The notes below the pieces were generated by a model. It was not told where the DNA came from and did not search any database. It saw only the letters and a list, made by a program, of their open reading frames with translations. A program made the translations under genes and the position numbers. Source: Candidatus Omnitrophota bacterium (GTDB taxonomy: Bacteria > Omnitrophota > Gorgyraeia > 2-01-FULL-45-10). Taken from it: a stretch of 64,000 nucleotides of DNA. The stretch lies in contig JBAZKH010000001.1 of NCBI GenBank assembly GCA_041650935.1, positions 576,911 to 640,910 on the forward strand, read 5' to 3'. Positions 61,725-64,000 of the stretch are shown here, in pieces (within the stretch, counting starts at the first letter, position 1; each line of letters begins with the position of its first letter).

Positions 61725-62075
61725 TCAGCCCGGGGGCCATGAAAATTTCCGGCCGCCCAAAAGATGCAGATGCAGGTGGAAGACCGCCTGTCCCGCATCC
61801 CGATTACAATTCATAACGATTCTGTAGCCCGACTCCTGCACGCCCTTCCGGCTTGCTATATCTTTTGCTGCCAGTATAAGGCGACCCACCAGCTCGATAT
61901 GCCGTTCCGACAGTCCTGAGATCTTCTCGATATGTTCCTTGGGAATCAGCAATACATGGACCGGCGCTTGCGGATTCACATCCTCGAACGCCAACACGCT
62001 GGAATCCTCCAGGACAATCTTTGAGGGGATCTCCTTCCTGGCTATTCTGCAGAAAAGACAATCTTGCTTTTCCAT
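61725..62075 (-). CDS. HIT (histidine triad) family protein
   Basis: 116 aa. DCLFCRI. HLHLHLLGG (HxHxHxx). Confidence 0.85.
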   Translation of the reverse strand: MEKQDCLFCRIARKEIPSKIVLEDSSVLAFEDVNPQAPVHVLLIPKEHIEKISGLSERHIELVGRLILAAKDIASRKGVQESGYRIVMNCNRDAGQAVFHLHLHLLGGRKFSWPPG

Positions 62076-62097
62076 AGTTTGAGATCATTTTACATCT

Positions 62098-62676
62098 TCA
62101 GCCGCGACTTTTCAAGTCTTTTGCGCAAGCGCCGTATCGGCCGATGTATTTACCCAGGCTCCAATATTCACCCTGATTAAAAACAAGCGGAGCGGCCTTG
62201 GCGTAGTCTATCCGATCCTTTGGAGTGAGTATCTCCTTATTGGCATGGACAAGCGCCGCCTCACCGATAAACATGTCGTGCGAGCCCAGTGAAATCACAT
62301 CCTTCAGCCTGCACTCTATATTGACAGGACATTCTGCTATAAGCGGCGATGAAACCTTACGGGATGGGAGAGCTGTAAATGCGCAGGCTTTGAATTTATC
62401 GATATCCCTGCCGGAGCGGACACCGCAGAAATCAACCTCTTTCAGCATGGAAGCCGCAGGAATGTTTATGACAAAATCGCCCGTGACACCGATAAGTCCA
62501 TGAGAGTATCTCGACGGCCTTATGGAAACACTTAGGAGCGCCGGCGCCGAACAGACGACACCGCACCACGCAACCGTCATGACATTCGGTCTTTGCGCCG
62601 GCTTGTCCATAACGCTGACAAGGGCGACCGGGAGCGGAAATAATGCGGTTTCAGGCGGAAATTCCTTCTTGGGCAT
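62098..62676 (-). CDS. Flavin-reductase-like (flavoredoxin) FMN-binding domain protein
   Basis: Start taken at MPKKEFPP. ...LVSVMDKPAQRPNVMTVAWCGVVCSAPALLSVSIRPSRYSHGLI is the flavin reductase-like domain core. Confidence 0.65.
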   Translation of the reverse strand: MPKKEFPPETALFPLPVALVSVMDKPAQRPNVMTVAWCGVVCSAPALLSVSIRPSRYSHGLIGVTGDFVINIPAASMLKEVDFCGVRSGRDIDKFKACAFTALPSRKVSSPLIAECPVNIECRLKDVISLGSHDMFIGEAALVHANKEILTPKDRIDYAKAAPLVFNQGEYWSLGKYIGRYGACAKDLKSRG

Positions 62677-62686
62677 TGCGCAGATA

Positions 62687-62995
62687 TTATGCGGCGGGAG
62701 CCGGAGCTTCCGGGGTCTCATCTTTCTTTGAAGCCTTCTGCCAGCACCTTTTTGTGCAATAGTATTTACCGGCGCGATAATACCAGCGTTTCTTCTTTAT
62801 CGATTTATTGCAAACGACACAGTTGGCCGGTTTCTCTATTTTCGGTTCTTCTTTCTTCTTGGCGTCTGCCGGTTTCACTGCCTCTGCCGCGGCTTTAACC
62901 TCCGGCGCGGCCGGTTTCGGTTCCGGCGGTTTTTGTTCTACCGGCTTTGCCGCTTCAACCTGAGGTTTTGCCTCTTCTTTTTTCTCTTCTGCCAT
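62687..62995 (-). CDS. Lys/Glu/Pro/Ala-rich low-complexity protein with a C-terminal CxxC...CxxxC zinc-ribbon-like motif
   Basis: 102 aa. N-terminal 70 aa are KPxxE/A repeats. C-terminal CVVCNKSIKKKRWYYRAGKYYCTKRC. Confidence 0.4.
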   Translation of the reverse strand: MAEEKKEEAKPQVEAAKPVEQKPPEPKPAAPEVKAAAEAVKPADAKKKEEPKIEKPANCVVCNKSIKKKRWYYRAGKYYCTKRCWQKASKKDETPEAPAPAA

Positions 62996-63019
62996 ATCTT
63001 CCTTTACGTGTAATATTTC

Positions 63020-63370
63020 CTATTGCCTGTCGAGCAGTTTCAACCACTGCGTATATATATATTCCAGTAATCTGCCTTTATCCGAATTTTCTATTTTTTT
63101 GAATTTGAGCCCGGTCTCATATCTATCCGACCCTGCTTGCTCTTTCTGCCACGCTACTTCGCATGAAGCAAAGATAGGAACGTTATCGCCCGGCACGTCC
63201 ATAGTCAAATTGATCTCGGTGCCTTGCCTTAATTTCTTATCGGCGACGATCAGGGCCCCGTCTTTTGACAGATTCTTTACCCTGCATTGGGCTTTGGATC
63301 TGTCGTGCACAAAATCACAAAGCGCGCTTAACGCCGTATCGAACCGTAAAAATCTTCTTCGCTCGGTCAC
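63020..63370 (-). CDS. PilZ domain protein (GTG start)
   Basis: 116 aa. ERRRFLRF (RxxxR). NLSKDGALI (D/NxSxxG). Confidence 0.7.
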   Translation of the reverse strand: MTERRRFLRFDTALSALCDFVHDRSKAQCRVKNLSKDGALIVADKKLRQGTEINLTMDVPGDNVPIFASCEVAWQKEQAGSDRYETGLKFKKIENSDKGRLLEYIYTQWLKLLDRQ

Positions 63371-63392
63371 AATTACCCCTAAATTTTGTCTG

Positions 63393-63439
63393 TGTGAAAA
63401 AATAAGGGGACAAAAATTATCTTTTCATCCCCTTATTTT
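63393..63439 (-). terminator. Rho-independent terminator after the TIGR04073-like gene
   Basis: Perfect 12-bp stem aaaataagggga / tccccttatttt with a 17-nt loop. On the minus strand it is followed by uuuuuuc. Confidence 0.6.
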
Positions 63440-63462
63440 CTGTCATCCTTAACGGACAACTT

Positions 63463-63798
63463 TTATTTGCCTTTAGCAAACACAAATTCTGGCTCTAGAA
63501 CCGGTGTATAGCCTTCCGGTATTGGGAACGGGAAAGTCACTGTCTCATAAACGCCAGCGCCTGTCCTTACTATGGTCATCCCAACGCCCTTCGCTAATCC
63601 GATTGTAATGCCAGAGAGAGGATTATCTTCTACACTGGTGTCATATATGTTTTTAGGAAGCTCAATCCACCCTGTGACTATATTGGCAACTCCTCTGTAG
63701 AGCTTTTTGCCCATATCCTGAGCATAGCTCGCTGTTGCTATATTGACGATCATTAATACAGCAACACATATAATAATACCCTTTAATAGATTCTTCAT
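63463..63798 (-). CDS. Small secreted protein, exosortase-system-associated TIGR04073-like
   Basis: 111 aa. Signal peptide. KLYRGVANIVTGWIELPKNI...GVGMTIVRTGAGVYETVTFPFP matches the family pattern as recalled. AGGAGGTGA Shine-Dalgarno. Confidence 0.5.
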   Translation of the reverse strand: MKNLLKGIIICVAVLMIVNIATASYAQDMGKKLYRGVANIVTGWIELPKNIYDTSVEDNPLSGITIGLAKGVGMTIVRTGAGVYETVTFPFPIPEGYTPVLEPEFVFAKGK

Positions 63799-63837
63799 TG
63801 TCTTAAGTCACCTCCTTTCGTTTCTGAATTTGATGAA

Positions 63838-63866
63838 AGTATAACACAAAAAGTTAGCTTTGTCAA
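63838..63866 (-). promoter_or_regulatory. Sigma70-like promoter (TTGACA-17-TATACT) for the TIGR04073-like gene
   Basis: On the minus strand: -35 ttgaca (plus 63861-63866), 17-nt spacer, -10 tatact (plus 63838-63843). Confidence 0.45.
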
Positions 63867-63885
63867 GGTGTTGAGGCATCAAAAC

Positions 63886-64000
63886 TACTTATTTTTCTGC
63901 GATACCAGGATATCTTCCACCACTTCCGTGACTTTCTCCCTGTCCTCCGGCCTAATATCGATAAACTCTATGCCTGTATCATAGAGCGGCGCGCTCTTTT
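63886..64000 (-). CDS. 3' end of an unidentified gene (partial, continues beyond the window)
   Basis: Open frame ending ...KSAPLYDTGIEFIDIRPEDREKVTEVVEDILVSQKNK* with the stop at 63886-63888. No domain assignable. Confidence 0.3.

Overview
This is a gene-dense (about 90% coding) chromosomal segment from an anaerobic bacterium, with roughly 50% GC. No rRNA, tRNA, CRISPR array or mobile element was found.

Content from 1 to 27 kb:
- Housekeeping and central metabolism: guaA (N-terminal part, truncated at the window start), purF, a DUF1846 protein, dusB, yajQ, gdhA, an nfnAB/sudAB-like NADPH oxidoreductase pair, trpB2, pfkA, a Ski2-like helicase, and two radical-SAM proteins including ygiQ.
- An exopolysaccharide-like module: a PgaC-like GT2 synthase, a HEAT-repeat membrane protein and an outer-membrane beta-barrel, next to a histidine kinase / response regulator pair.

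Most striking is a co-directional energy-conservation cluster of about 19 kb on the minus strand (27322-46371). In transcription order it runs:
- hppA, a membrane pyrophosphatase;
- a group-4 [NiFe]-hydrogenase / complex-I-like module with three NuoL/M/N-type antiporter-like subunits, MnhB-like, NuoK-like, NuoA-like, NuoB-like, NuoC-like, NuoD-like (Ni-binding cysteines intact), NuoH-like and NuoI-like subunits;
- a HycI-like maturation protease whose stop overlaps the atpZ start by 4 bp;
- a complete F-type ATP synthase operon, atpZ-atpI-atpBEFHAGDC;
- a HAD hydrolase, ygiQ and a radical-SAM gene.

Downstream content (46.8-64 kb):
- A nitrogen-metabolism operon: an APC permease, type-III glutamine synthetase, nadE, a GAF-ANTAR regulator, and an orphan AmmeMemoRadiSam-type radical-SAM enzyme.
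- A region unusually rich in c-di-GMP effector (PilZ) domains, five in about 9 kb, interleaved with cspA, def, panD, a BamE-like lipoprotein, a HIT protein, a flavin-reductase-like protein and a TIGR04073-like small secreted protein.

Hand-found items not in the ORF track:
- a 45-aa entericidin-like lipoprotein gene;
- a 54-aa single-pass membrane ORF translationally coupled to a hydrolase gene;
- several rho-independent terminators;
- sigma70-like promoters, including two apparently leaderless divergent promoters that flank a 19-bp perfect inverted repeat and a 22-bp perfect palindrome.

Every functional call rests on motif-level reading of the translations. No database search was possible.
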